Positions 7,545 to 17,771 of a stretch of 64,000 bases of DNA are shown here, in pieces. Made by a program: the position numbers and the translations under genes. The DNA is from Candidatus Moraniibacteriota bacterium (GTDB lineage: Bacteria; Patescibacteriota; Minisyncoccia; Moranbacterales; UBA2206), in the NCBI GenBank assembly GCA_026396175.1, contig JAPLXG010000008.1, positions 659-64,658 of the forward strand, given 5' to 3'. Below the pieces are notes generated by a model. The model was not told where the DNA came from. It did no database searches and worked only from the letters and a program-made list of their open reading frames with translations. Numbering within the stretch: position 1 is the stretch's first letter; each line of letters opens with the position of its first letter.

Positions 7545-10444
7545 AAACGGGGCTTAAAAAAACAATAATCACTTTTTTGGTTATTATTAATATTTTTTCG
7601 CTGACCACACAGACAGCTCACGCCGATCTTTTGGGCGTTGCCTTGGGCAATCCAATGGCTCTTATGGATACCGTCATGAGCGCATTTGGTGTTAATAAGG
7701 ATGAAATTCAAAACATGATGCAGACGGTCAATGTCGCCAGGAAGAAGGTCACTCCTCCGACAGTTTCAATTACTTTTAATCCGACTAATCCCGTGCCCGG
7801 AGAAAAGGTAGCCGTTACCGCCGCGCCAACCTATTTTATGAATTCTCCTGAAAACCTCTACTATACCTGGTACCTAAAAAGTGCCAAATGTTTTGCCGCA
7901 AAGGACCTGGACTCAAATGGACATGAATATGGAGATGATTATAAAAAACAATACGCATCCCAAGAAGATTTTGACAAATGCGATCTTAATGGTGACGGCA
8001 AAGTTGACATTGAAGACTACAAAATTAAAGCCGCTCGCATTTTAGTTAACAATGATTTCGTCTGGCAATCTGCCGATTACTCCAAGGATACTGATAATGA
8101 CGGGTATACGGCAGTTTTTGGTGGTGATGACCAAAGAGGAAAAAGCGAACACTGCTTCATTCATGATGTTGCGAGTGGTGATGATCATGAGATAAAATGC
8201 GAAAAGCATCTCTTTCCCAACGCTCCCAGTGACAAAACCGGTGATGGAACTTTTGGTGCCAGCGAAGAACAATTTTGGCACACCAATCCAAATAATAATG
8301 ACACTGCCGGCACGGGTCGCACTGATGAAGCCAATGTCGCGGGACTAGGAGAAAATGTTTTTTCCCTTATCTACTCGGCCGGAGATAAGGTTGGTGTTGC
8401 TATAGAAGGCGTTTCTATCCAACCAACCCAGGAAAAGGATTCGTCCTATGAAACGATGTGGGCATTTACTAAAAATGAGTGCGGCAATAAAGACAACATT
8501 GGCGCTAGCACGGATAATTCCGGCTATCCAAAAACAACTGGCAATACAACCACGACCTATCCAAACACAAAAGCGGATCACAGCGTCACCCCTGGAACTC
8601 CTCCAACGCTCTACTCCGCCACGGATTATTTGACCACCGTCACAATAAAAACTGTCGAGGATATCGCTCCCGGCACAAGTCAAGTCAATGACAATGCTAC
8701 CATTAGAACGACGACGACGACCCATACTGTAGTAACTTATGTCGGCACGGACCCTGCCATCCTTGCAACCAATCCCATCTTAGATGAAATGACCACAAGC
8801 AATACTTGCTCGCAACTTGAGGCTGAAAATGGGGCTGTTTGTTCTGGAACGGATGAATACAAATCAATTAAAATGACTGCTATGGCTACGAATGACCTAA
8901 ATGATTGTCTCTATAACAATCTCATCACGCCAGCCGAAGGAGGAGGGACAAAGGAAAAATTAGATGTCGCCCTGAAATATTTACCGGAAAGTCCCACCAA
9001 TGATTCCAGTGACCCTCCCGCCGACTACAAAACGGGTGATCCCAAGGGAGATGGAGATCAAGTTTCTCTTGATGCAACCGTTGCTAATCCCAATAGCGCC
9101 TCCTATCTCAACTACACCTGGGAAGTTTATGCCAGCAACGAAATTAACCCCGATGATTGGGGAACAGCAATTTCCAAAGATAAATTAGATGGCGCAACGC
9201 AAATGTCCGGACTTGGTGTGAGCAATCTCAAGTTTAATCTCAACTTTAAATCAACCGATTTTCCGCCAGCTAACGTGCTACCAAAATACCTAAAGGTAAA
9301 AGTAACCGCCAAAGAAACGCTGGCTGAAGGGAGCGGAGAGAGAGAGGGCCACACTGATATCACTATCCCCATTTCTTCCTCAGAAGAAAGAATTAGAGTC
9401 TACACAGCGAAAGTCAATGCGGACAATATCAATTTCCCAGCCGAAAAGACTGACAAGGCCGGGCTAGCCGCCCAAGAGAGATGCTTATTTACCGATCCGA
9501 AAAGTAACGTGAAATCACCATCGGCTGTTTGTGAAGTAGCCAAAGATGAAATTATTGGCGTGGGCATTGACGACGGAACCGAAAGTGATCCCACCTACAC
9601 TGATTTTCTTTGGACCATCGACGGCGCAACGCAGGCTTGCCCAAATGACAGTTTTTCACTTTGCATTGACAAAGATGGTAAATCAACTGACCGCACTTAT
9701 TTTCCCATCCTCAAAGAACCCGGTGATCAATATGCGATCGAATTGTCTGCGCTCAATAAAAAAACCGGCGAACGAGTAGATTTGACGAGGATGTTCAAAG
9801 TTTCCACGCCGGAAGCCAAGATTGTGCCAAAAGAAAAAGATGCTTCGGATAAATATATTTGTCGCGGATTGCTTTTAGGACAATATCTAGATTTTTACGG
9901 CCAACCGCACGATGATCGCAGTGACACAAAATTTCAAGCCCTGACCGGAAATAATATCGAACTCTATCCGGTTTTTTCCGGAACAACCGCACCAACTAAA
10001 TTCGCTAATGCGACTGATTGCCCCTATGAGTGGACCGTTGATGGCCAAAATATAAATGCTGGAAACGCCACTACCTTTGGTTATAGCATCGACCTGAATG
10101 ATTCAGGAAAATTAATCCTACCCCCGAAAAATGCCGGAGAAAAATATGTTATTTCTTTTTCCGATGTCTTCACTCCCACCAACGCCACAAAACAAATGCT
10201 TAACAAATTTTGGAATATCACCTATAATCAGTTCTATGAAAAGAAATTGACGCACAACATTGAAATTGAAATGGTGGACACCACAATTGCCCAAAAAACT
10301 AATTCACCGGCAAAAATTTTCGCCACCGTTTCTTCCGGCATCCCGAGCTATTTCGCCTTTCTTTTCCGCATTGCCCTTGCCGGACTAGCCATCATCCTCG
10401 CCATAAAAATCATATTTTTCATTCTGCCCAAGAGAGAGTTATAA
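7541..10444 (+). CDS. Large surface protein, Ig-like/Thr-rich, with N-terminal signal and C-terminal TM anchor
   Basis: Signal peptide, repeated Y-x-W-x beta-strand motifs, DLNGDGKVDIED Ca-binding-like motif, paired Cys. Confidence 0.8.
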   Translation: MKTGLKKTIITFLVIINIFSLTTQTAHADLLGVALGNPMALMDTVMSAFGVNKDEIQNMMQTVNVARKKVTPPTVSITFNPTNPVPGEKVAVTAAPTYFMNSPENLYYTWYLKSAKCFAAKDLDSNGHEYGDDYKKQYASQEDFDKCDLNGDGKVDIEDYKIKAARILVNNDFVWQSADYSKDTDNDGYTAVFGGDDQRGKSEHCFIHDVASGDDHEIKCEKHLFPNAPSDKTGDGTFGASEEQFWHTNPNNNDTAGTGRTDEANVAGLGENVFSLIYSAGDKVGVAIEGVSIQPTQEKDSSYETMWAFTKNECGNKDNIGASTDNSGYPKTTGNTTTTYPNTKADHSVTPGTPPTLYSATDYLTTVTIKTVEDIAPGTSQVNDNATIRTTTTTHTVVTYVGTDPAILATNPILDEMTTSNTCSQLEAENGAVCSGTDEYKSIKMTAMATNDLNDCLYNNLITPAEGGGTKEKLDVALKYLPESPTNDSSDPPADYKTGDPKGDGDQVSLDATVANPNSASYLNYTWEVYASNEINPDDWGTAISKDKLDGATQMSGLGVSNLKFNLNFKSTDFPPANVLPKYLKVKVTAKETLAEGSGEREGHTDITIPISSSEERIRVYTAKVNADNINFPAEKTDKAGLAAQERCLFTDPKSNVKSPSAVCEVAKDEIIGVGIDDGTESDPTYTDFLWTIDGATQACPNDSFSLCIDKDGKSTDRTYFPILKEPGDQYAIELSALNKKTGERVDLTRMFKVSTPEAKIVPKEKDASDKYICRGLLLGQYLDFYGQPHDDRSDTKFQALTGNNIELYPVFSGTTAPTKFANATDCPYEWTVDGQNINAGNATTFGYSIDLNDSGKLILPPKNAGEKYVISFSDVFTPTNATKQMLNKFWNITYNQFYEKKLTHNIEIEMVDTTIAQKTNSPAKIFATVSSGIPSYFAFLFRIALAGLAIILAIKIIFFILPKREL

Positions 10445-10465
10445 AATTAGGATTTACGCGCTTGT

Positions 10466-10556
10466 GTTATTCGAGACATTAGGGTGCTTATTCGTAAATT
10501 AGAGTCGCTTTATTACGGCGACACTAATACTCGAATTTACACGCTAATGACCCAAA
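10466..10556. repeat. Dispersed repeat; inverted copy at 25321-25438
   Basis: Reverse complement aligns over ~90 bp (GGGTCATTAG.GTGTAAATT.GAGTATTAGTGTCGC...GCGACTCTAATTTACGAA|TAAGCACCC). Confidence 0.9.
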
Positions 10557-10596
10557 TATGATTGAACCGTGTAAGTCCTGAGAATAAAAAAATTTG

Positions 10597-11679
10597 ATGA
10601 ATTTAAAACTAAAACAAAAAATTGTCCTAGCAATCCTTGCTTTTTTGCTGGTTTTTATTCCTTCGGTATCAAAAGCAACTAGCTGTAGTTGTGCCAATGG
10701 TAGCGTAGTTTATTATACTGGTGTAGGTGAGGCCGCTGATGTGTCCACTAGCGCAGACTGCGACCAGACCTGTGCCAACCGCGGTGCAAATCTTTATTTT
10801 TACAATGCGAGCACATTTCCTTCTAGCGTTACAAAAACACCAACCACCCCACCAGCAAACCCCACTGGCACATCTTCTCCGCAAACACCGGTAGCCTCAA
10901 ACGTCAAATATCCCTACACCCCCATGGAAGCAATTCCCGGGTTTCCCAAAACCGGATCGATGATAGACTACGTTTTGCAAATTTATCAATTTGGCCTCTG
11001 GACAATCGGAATCGCCGCCGTGTTTATGATTTCCATCGGCGCCTTTATGTATATCACCAGCGCCGGAAACACCAGCCAAATGGGCAAAGCCAAGGAGGTT
11101 ATTTTCGACGCCATTATCGGCGTCATCCTCGCCCTCACGTCCTATGTGCTGCTCAACACCATCAACCCCGCGCTTGTTCAGATTGGTGGTGGGGATTATA
11201 GTACCACTGGCGGAGGTGGAACTGGTGGCGGAGGTGGATCGGGTGGTGGAGGTGGAGGAGGTGGTAGCTGCACACCAGTAACCAGTGGCCCATGTTCAGT
11301 TGATCAATTAACTGGAAGTTGTTTTGACGGAATAGCCGATCTTTCAAAAATTTCATCTCTCTGTAATGCAGAAAGTGGCGGTGTTAATATTCCCAGTACT
11401 GTAGATATATGCACCGACAGAACAACCTACTTTTCATGCGGAGCGTTGCAAGTCAACCTAACCTGTGCATGCAAAGGAACGAATGCGTTCACTGGGGCAG
11501 AGCCGTCCACTGGTTGCGCAAATTCTAACTGCACAGGACCAGGAATAAATTATACGTCATGCACCAGTCAAACCTGCAGTGGCAGTGGAAACATAACGGC
11601 GGCCTGTAAGGCATACAAAGAACATTCGGGAAATAAATATGATACGTGGACAAAGAATAGCACCTGTGGTTTCTCATAA
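10597..11679 (+). CDS. VirB2/TrbC-like pilin fused by a Gly linker to a Cys-rich lytic-transglycosylase-like domain
   Basis: Pilin core GAFMYITSAGN....KAK..I..AIIG.ILAL.SY.LLNTINPAL; C-terminal AESGG...SCGALQVN. Confidence 0.7.
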   Translation: MNLKLKQKIVLAILAFLLVFIPSVSKATSCSCANGSVVYYTGVGEAADVSTSADCDQTCANRGANLYFYNASTFPSSVTKTPTTPPANPTGTSSPQTPVASNVKYPYTPMEAIPGFPKTGSMIDYVLQIYQFGLWTIGIAAVFMISIGAFMYITSAGNTSQMGKAKEVIFDAIIGVILALTSYVLLNTINPALVQIGGGDYSTTGGGGTGGGGGSGGGGGGGGSCTPVTSGPCSVDQLTGSCFDGIADLSKISSLCNAESGGVNIPSTVDICTDRTTYFSCGALQVNLTCACKGTNAFTGAEPSTGCANSNCTGPGINYTSCTSQTCSGSGNITAACKAYKEHSGNKYDTWTKNSTCGFS

Positions 11680-11700
11680 AATTATTTATAAATTTATCAT

Positions 11701-12219
11701 ATGAGCTCAAAAAAGAAACTTTTTATTAGTATCGCATTTTTATTAGTTCTTGCGCTGATATTAATATTTTGGTTTTCTAAAAAAAACACGTCGTCCTCCA
11801 GCGCCACTCAAACTACGAGCGTGAACGGCCTACCTATTATTCATGGAGAGAAGCCCGCTATCTCAATAAACACATTCGACATAACCACAAGAGATGGAAT
11901 AATTACAATTAATAATATCTATAAATTACCCGGCGTCATACTTTTGGATTTTGATGGGGTAAATTTCAAAAATTCTCAATACTACCACATGGAATATTAC
12001 CCAAAACAACAAGGTTTTATTATTGCCATACTTGACCCAGCTATCCAAAAAGCTAGAGAAATAGCAGAAAGTGACTTTCTTGAAGTGCTTAATATAACCC
12101 AGGATCAGGCTTGCAAACTCAATATATCGCTTACTGTGCCACCAAGCGTCAATGGACGGGCTAGCGGGGGAAATTACGGTCTCAGTTTTTGCCCCAATGG
12201 AAAAGCTTTTCCGAAATAA
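11701..12219 (+). CDS. Single-pass membrane protein
   Basis: N-terminal TM segment, Ser/Thr linker, C-terminal Cys pair. Confidence 0.75.
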   Translation: MSSKKKLFISIAFLLVLALILIFWFSKKNTSSSSATQTTSVNGLPIIHGEKPAISINTFDITTRDGIITINNIYKLPGVILLDFDGVNFKNSQYYHMEYYPKQQGFIIAILDPAIQKAREIAESDFLEVLNITQDQACKLNISLTVPPSVNGRASGGNYGLSFCPNGKAFPK

Positions 12220-12229
12220 CTAACCCGCA

Positions 12230-12388
12230 TCTTCTCCCCCTCGGGAGAGGATGTCACGAGCACGTGACAGGTGAGGGCAAGGGCTATATTACTTGGGGAA
12301 CGCGTTATTATAGAGAGCCAATAAAATTTTTCAAAAGCCCTTTCCCTCATCCGCCCTCCGGGCACCTTCTCCCTAATGGAGAAGGGGA
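12230..12388. repeat. GGGAGAGG/CCCTCA palindromic repeat element without insert
   Basis: CTTCTCCCCCTCGGGAGAGGATGTC...GACAGGTGAGGG / CCCTCATCCGCCCTCCGGGCACCTTCTCCCTAATGGAGAAGGGG. Confidence 0.85.
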
Positions 12389-12402
12389 TTCAAATTAAAC
12401 CT

Positions 12403-13320
12403 ATGCAAAAAACTCTAAAAAAAATAAATTTAAACAAAGCTGCTATTTTTTCTTTTTTTGTCTTTCTTTTTCTCTTTACTTTCAATAAAGCCAACGCCGC
12501 CGGTCTCGTTCCTTGCGGGCTGGGTGCCAGTGATCCCTGCACGCTTTGCCATTTTATCGTGGGAATTAAGGGTCTGATTGATTGGGGAATGAGCATCATC
12601 ATTGCCGTTTCCATCGCGGGAATTTCTATCGCCGGCGTACTCTATGTCCTTTCCTCTGGCAGTTCTACGCTCACCACCCAAGCCAAGGGCTTCATTACAA
12701 GCGTAGTAATCGGCTTTTCGCTCTTTCTTGGGGCATGGCTCATCATCAACACTACATTTTATTTACTTTCCGCCAAAAAAGACGATACCAGCGGCACCTA
12801 TAATCTTGGCCTCACAAGCAAAAGCTGGAATTCTTTTTCTTGCTCAACTACTAGCTCTACAATGGGAGTTTTACCTCCCACCACTGACGCAACCATAGCT
12901 GATTATAATTGCGACAAGCTCACCTTTCAAACATCTGCTGTAAAAAACCAATGCAATGATGCTTCTTCCGCTCTGCAAACAATGATTGTATGCATGAGAA
13001 ACAAGCTCGGCACCAAGATGACCATCAATTCCATTTCTGATAATAACGGGGGCGGCACCAAATGCTATCAAACTTATCCCAAGGGGCCGCAATGCGTCAA
13101 TGATGCGGACACTAACTGTTGCCACCATGCCGTAAGCTCATGTCATTACGGAGGGGTAAATGTAGGAAATTCCGAGGCAGTTGATATTTCCACTACCACA
13201 GGGCTAACTGTTGATAACATAATTACCGCCGCTAACGCATGCAACGCTGGATATACTAAAGATGAATCTGTCAACTATAATCACGTACACGTCAGTACCA
13301 CTAATTGTAGAAAAGATTAG
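12403..13320 (+). CDS. Pilin fused to a Zn-dependent DD-peptidase (M15-like) domain
   Basis: AAGLVPCG...CTLC pilin start, two TM segments; C-terminal SCHYGG...AVDIS...HVHVS metal-ligand pattern. Confidence 0.7.
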   Translation: MQKTLKKINLNKAAIFSFFVFLFLFTFNKANAAGLVPCGLGASDPCTLCHFIVGIKGLIDWGMSIIIAVSIAGISIAGVLYVLSSGSSTLTTQAKGFITSVVIGFSLFLGAWLIINTTFYLLSAKKDDTSGTYNLGLTSKSWNSFSCSTTSSTMGVLPPTTDATIADYNCDKLTFQTSAVKNQCNDASSALQTMIVCMRNKLGTKMTINSISDNNGGGTKCYQTYPKGPQCVNDADTNCCHHAVSSCHYGGVNVGNSEAVDISTTTGLTVDNIITAANACNAGYTKDESVNYNHVHVSTTNCRKD

Positions 13321-13381
13321 CTTTTCTATTCCACATCGCTACAAAAAAATCGGAGCTAAGCTCCGGATTCTCTCAATTTTT

Positions 13382-14530
13382 ATGTCCACCAGTAAAAAAA
13401 TCTTTTTAATCTCGCTCACTCTTTTTTGCGTTGCGCTTCTGTTTTTTGGCATCTATAATTTCGCTTTCAAAAAACCCACTGCAGTCACTCCGGTGGTGGA
13501 ACAAAAGGCACCGGCCGTTGTTACCCCACAAGTTGTGCCAAAAGTTAGCACTGACCCCATCGCCACCATCTCTGACGAAGCGGTACTCGCGCCGACACTA
13601 GTTAGTGGCACCAACGCCGTTAAATATTATTCCAGAAATAGCGGGCGAGTTTATCAGATTGATTTTGATGGCAACAGCAAGAGAACGCTCTCTGATAAAG
13701 AATTAATTGGCCTGAGTGCTGTGCTTTGGTCACCGGACAAAAATAAAGTAATCACAAAATTTGTGAGCGCCGGGACAACAAAATTCTATGCCTATGACTA
13801 TACTAGCCTACAAAGCACGCAGCTGAAAAACAATGTTGATGAAATTGCTTGGCAAAATACGGGTAATCGAATTTTCTATAAATATTATGACGCCGCTACC
13901 AAAAAAAGAACGCTGAACATTTCCGACCCTGATGGCACCAACTGGACAAAATTGGCGGACATTGATTTTCGCAATATTTCTATCGCGCAAATTCCCCAGA
14001 GTGGCCTCGTTTCTTTTTGGAATAAACCAGATGCTTTTTTTGAGACCACATTAAAATCCGTTCCGCTGATCGGAGGAGAAGAAAAGGTACTCCTAAAAGG
14101 CGTTTTTGGCGCGGATTATCTTTGGAATGCGAACGGAACGGCGGCACTCGTTAGCCACTCCGATGCCAAGGGTGGCACAAAAATCCAGCTTTCACTTATC
14201 AATTCTAACGGCGGAGAATTTAGAGATCTTAACTTGCCTTCATTTGCCTCTAAGTGCGCTTGGGCAAAAGACAATAGAACCATCTATTGCGCAATGCCCG
14301 GTGAAGTTCCCGCTTCCGCTATTTTGCCCAATGACTATGACCAAGAAAAATTTCATACTGCCGACACTTTTTGGAAGATTGACACCACCACCGGAGAAAA
14401 AAATCGTATTATCGATTTGAATAAAATCACCAATAAATATGATGCCACAGATCTTTTCCTCAATGCCGATGAAAGCATCTTGTTTTTCACTAACCGCACC
14501 GACGGAAAACTCTATCGCATAACTCTCTAA
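13382..14530 (+). CDS. Membrane-anchored TolB-like beta-propeller protein
   Basis: N-terminal TM segment; WSPDKNK, WQNTGNR and WNANG repeats. Confidence 0.8.
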   Translation: MSTSKKIFLISLTLFCVALLFFGIYNFAFKKPTAVTPVVEQKAPAVVTPQVVPKVSTDPIATISDEAVLAPTLVSGTNAVKYYSRNSGRVYQIDFDGNSKRTLSDKELIGLSAVLWSPDKNKVITKFVSAGTTKFYAYDYTSLQSTQLKNNVDEIAWQNTGNRIFYKYYDAATKKRTLNISDPDGTNWTKLADIDFRNISIAQIPQSGLVSFWNKPDAFFETTLKSVPLIGGEEKVLLKGVFGADYLWNANGTAALVSHSDAKGGTKIQLSLINSNGGEFRDLNLPSFASKCAWAKDNRTIYCAMPGEVPASAILPNDYDQEKFHTADTFWKIDTTTGEKNRIIDLNKITNKYDATDLFLNADESILFFTNRTDGKLYRITL

Positions 14531-14545
14531 AGCTAGCACCCCCTA

Positions 14546-14589
14546 GGCTCTAAGAGCCCGTAGCAACGGGCTCTTAGAGCCTGCTTTTT
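14546..14589. terminator. Long hairpin between convergent genes
   Basis: GGCTCTAAGAGCCCGT-AGCA-ACGGGCTCTTAGAGCC followed by a T run. Confidence 0.75.
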
Positions 14590-15733
14590 ATAACAAAACA
14601 AACAAAAGCCAAAACACAACTGTCAGATCGTTTTTGAAATAAGTCGTGTCAACTATTCCATGGAGTAAGATATAACCCATAATCCCCAGCCCGATGAATT
14701 TCAGCTGGGGATTTTTTTGTGAGCGAAAAATATGGGCAAACCAAAAATAAACCAGCGCCAGAAATCCAGCCAAGGAAAAAACTCCGCCATAGAGCCAAAA
14801 GGCTAGATAGAGACTATGCGGGTGCGGCACAGCCCATTCCAGATAGGGCGGAAAATATTTTTGATAGGCCAAATACTTTTCCTGAAAATTACCGGCGCCG
14901 ATCCCAAAAAGCGCATTATTTTCCAGCATCTTTTCAGCCGATTGCCAAATCATCATCCGCGAAGCCAAAGAAGATCGACTGTCAAAACTAACCAAAGATT
15001 GCAATTTGTTTTTTTCCAGCTGGGAAAAAAATAATATGACCAGTAAAAATAAACCTAGCAGGTATTTCTTCCAATTTATTTTTTTTCCTAACCTAAAAAC
15101 AAAACCAAAGACGAGTGCGACAGAAATCCAACTGGCATAGGAATAGGTCAAGCAGAGCGCGGCCAAGATGACCGCCAGAGAAGAAAAAACTAGCCCCTTT
15201 TTTCCCGTCTTGGTTTCGAAAAATAAAGCGTACCCGATAAAAATAGCCGGCGCCAGATACATCGCTAGATAATTGGGAGAGTTAAAAAATCCCTGCAGCC
15301 GCAAATCAAAAGTTACGTTTCCGTAGAAATAATAGCCAAGTGAAACCAGCGCTACAAAAAAGGCGGAGGCGTAGTAACTTAAAAAAACATTTTTGAGCTT
15401 CTTTTCTTCGATTACCTGACTAACAACAAAAGCAAGCGCCATTGGCAACAAAAACCAACTTTTAATTATACCGAGTCCTGTCGCATAATTTTTATTCACC
15501 AAAACTGAAACAATCAAACCAAGTAAAATAATGCCGGTGGAAAAAATAAATGGTTTATGTTTCTTAAAAAGCGCCCTATAATCAACTCCTTCTTGATAGA
15601 AAATCAACCACCCAATGACACAAGCTATAATTAGGATGTCTAACGCATTAATAAAACTAATCCGCCAAAGATAAACTGGCAGCGCAAAAATTGTCAGATA
15701 AATTAAATTTTCCAAGTTAACTATTTTTTTCAT
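14588..15733 (-). CDS. O-antigen ligase family (Wzy_C) protein
   Basis: RLQGFFNSPNYLA, LTYSYASW, FGIGAGNF, HPHSLYL. Confidence 0.88.
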   Translation of the reverse strand: MKKIVNLENLIYLTIFALPVYLWRISFINALDILIIACVIGWLIFYQEGVDYRALFKKHKPFIFSTGIILLGLIVSVLVNKNYATGLGIIKSWFLLPMALAFVVSQVIEEKKLKNVFLSYYASAFFVALVSLGYYFYGNVTFDLRLQGFFNSPNYLAMYLAPAIFIGYALFFETKTGKKGLVFSSLAVILAALCLTYSYASWISVALVFGFVFRLGKKINWKKYLLGLFLLVILFFSQLEKNKLQSLVSFDSRSSLASRMMIWQSAEKMLENNALFGIGAGNFQEKYLAYQKYFPPYLEWAVPHPHSLYLAFWLYGGVFSLAGFLALVYFWFAHIFRSQKNPQLKFIGLGIMGYILLHGIVDTTYFKNDLTVVFWLLFVLL

Positions 15734-16979
15734 CTGAATTGGCCAATCGACTAAATCCGGCGATAATTAAAAATAGCGACAAAACGACCGGCGAATAAAT
15801 TGACGTTTCCACTAAAGAATGGGCGGAAGAAATTACCACGCTAACGGCGACGCAGAAAAATAAAACCTCTTTTGATTTTTTGAGAAAAATGAAAAATAGT
15901 GTTCCTAAAAATCCCAGCCACGCCAAAAGACTGACGATTCCTGTTTCTGCCGCAATATCGAGATAGTTACTGTGCGCATAAATTGGATCGCGATAATCCG
16001 CCGTCGCGCTAATCTCCAATGGATAATTGCCAATGCCCACACCAAGTAAGGGGTGGTCAACAATAACCACAAGCGCCTTTCTCCAAGTTTCAATCCGACC
16101 CTGATTTGAACCTTCCTGGAAGTTAAAACTAGAAAGAAAACGCTCCGAAATCGGACCAGGAATAATAAGAAAGCTCCCAAGACAAACAACCAAAATCAAC
16201 GCGCCTAGTTGATGCTTTTTTTTCAATCTACTAAGTAGCACGCCAATAGCTACCGCGAAGCCAGCAAATAGCCCCAAATATCCGCCGCGCGAAAAAGTCA
16301 GTAAATCCGTAAGTAGCAGCACAAAGAAAATAAACAAATAAATTTTATTTTTTAACTTTAAAAACAGTCCCAAGGCAAGCGGCAGCAGCATTCCCAGAAA
16401 AAATGCCAACATATGCGGGTCAGGAAAAGTGGCAATCGCCCGCAGATACGTCCGACCGGAAATATTCACCAGCCAACTTGGATTTTTGAGCACTGCCGCT
16501 GTCACATTTCCGCCCAGAAAAATCGGCGAAACATAGTTCGCCCAAAATTTATATGTCGCGTCTAGTCCAAAGATAAATTGAGCAGCGAATTGAGCTGCGC
16601 CAAGGAGTGCCACCAAAAATCCACCCCAGACCAAAAATCTCACCACTTTTATCATCTGCTCCTTAGAAGAAACTAAATCTGCCGCGACAAAATATAGCGG
16701 AAAAACAGAAAATAAAAACAACAGCTTTCTCACCGACCAGTCGCTATTTTTTGAAACAACAATCGAAAGGAGACTCAGAAAAAGAAAACTGGCTAGAAAA
16801 AAATTTACTTTGCCGCTTTCAATGAAAAGCTTTTTCCTTCTCAAGCCTTCCACCAGCCACACAAAAAACAACAGGAGCACAAACACCCGCGAACTCGCCA
16901 AATCCACCCCCGCACTCGGATTAAGCGCAACTTGAAAGGGCAGATAGGCGCAAAAAATTAGAAGTAGGTTGAATAACAT
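15717..16979 (-). CDS. O-antigen ligase family protein
   Basis: RAIATFPDPH, LTFSRGGYLG, HPLLGVGIGNY, AHSNYLDIAAETG. Confidence 0.9.
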   Translation of the reverse strand: MLFNLLLIFCAYLPFQVALNPSAGVDLASSRVFVLLLFFVWLVEGLRRKKLFIESGKVNFFLASFLFLSLLSIVVSKNSDWSVRKLLFLFSVFPLYFVAADLVSSKEQMIKVVRFLVWGGFLVALLGAAQFAAQFIFGLDATYKFWANYVSPIFLGGNVTAAVLKNPSWLVNISGRTYLRAIATFPDPHMLAFFLGMLLPLALGLFLKLKNKIYLFIFFVLLLTDLLTFSRGGYLGLFAGFAVAIGVLLSRLKKKHQLGALILVVCLGSFLIIPGPISERFLSSFNFQEGSNQGRIETWRKALVVIVDHPLLGVGIGNYPLEISATADYRDPIYAHSNYLDIAAETGIVSLLAWLGFLGTLFFIFLKKSKEVLFFCVAVSVVISSAHSLVETSIYSPVVLSLFLIIAGFSRLANSDEKNS

Positions 16980-16982
16980 TTT

Positions 16983-17771
16983 TTAAAAACTAAAAAACCT
17001 AAATATTTTCAATAATACCGCCTCAAAAAACCCGCGATGTTTTTGAAAATAATAGTCCTGTGACTGATAATAGTTCTTTTTTTGTTCTTTTCTTTCCAAG
17101 AAACTTTTTCCCCCATAGTGTAACACAGAAAATTCAGGGAGATATGCTACTTTTTTGCCCAAAAGTTGGGTGCGATTACAAAGATCCACGTCTTCAAAAT
17201 AGGTAAAGAATTTCACGTCAAAACCGCCTAGTTGCAAAAATAACGCTCTGGGGATGAACATTGCCGTTCCCGCCACCCAAGAAACTTCCACCTTCTCACT
17301 GCTTTGCCAATATTTTTCATCCCCGGTTTTTCGCAAATTATTTTTTAAGACACTTCCGAGCGTAATCTTCCCTCCCGCACTCCATTTTTGCACACTACCG
17401 CCTGGTTCCACAAGCTTGGCGCCGATCACTCCCAAGGTCGAGTTATTTTCAAATTCCCGCGCGACAAGAGAAATGTCAGCTGAAATAATTTCCGCGTCAG
17501 GATTGAGAAAAAAAAGAATTTCTCCGACTGATTCTTTCGCTCCCAAGTTATTCGCGTTACCAAAGCCGCTATTTTGTGAGCTTTGAATAATTTTTATTCT
17601 AGGAAACTCATCCGTCAACCCACTAACCTCCGCTCTGGCGCCATTATTAACCACAATCACTTCAAAAGATATGCTGGAATCAATTTTCGCAAAAACAGAA
17701 AGCAAGCATTTTTCTAAATATGCCCGACTTTTAAAGTTCACAATGATTATAGACAGTATTACTTCTTGCAT
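16983..17771 (-). CDS. Glycosyltransferase family 2
   Basis: SIIIVNFKS, N.GFG.ANN.G, FLNPD, GFD..FFTYFEDVDLC. Confidence 0.92.
   Translation of the reverse strand: MQEVILSIIIVNFKSRAYLEKCLLSVFAKIDSSISFEVIVVNNGARAEVSGLTDEFPRIKIIQSSQNSGFGNANNLGAKESVGEILFFLNPDAEIISADISLVAREFENNSTLGVIGAKLVEPGGSVQKWSAGGKITLGSVLKNNLRKTGDEKYWQSSEKVEVSWVAGTAMFIPRALFLQLGGFDVKFFTYFEDVDLCNRTQLLGKKVAYLPEFSVLHYGGKSFLERKEQKKNYYQSQDYYFQKHRGFFEAVLLKIFRFFSF

Noticed and set aside
11183-11266. GGT/GGA-rich tract as a DNA repeat or G-quadruplex element
   Set aside because: Fully explained as an in-frame glycine linker.
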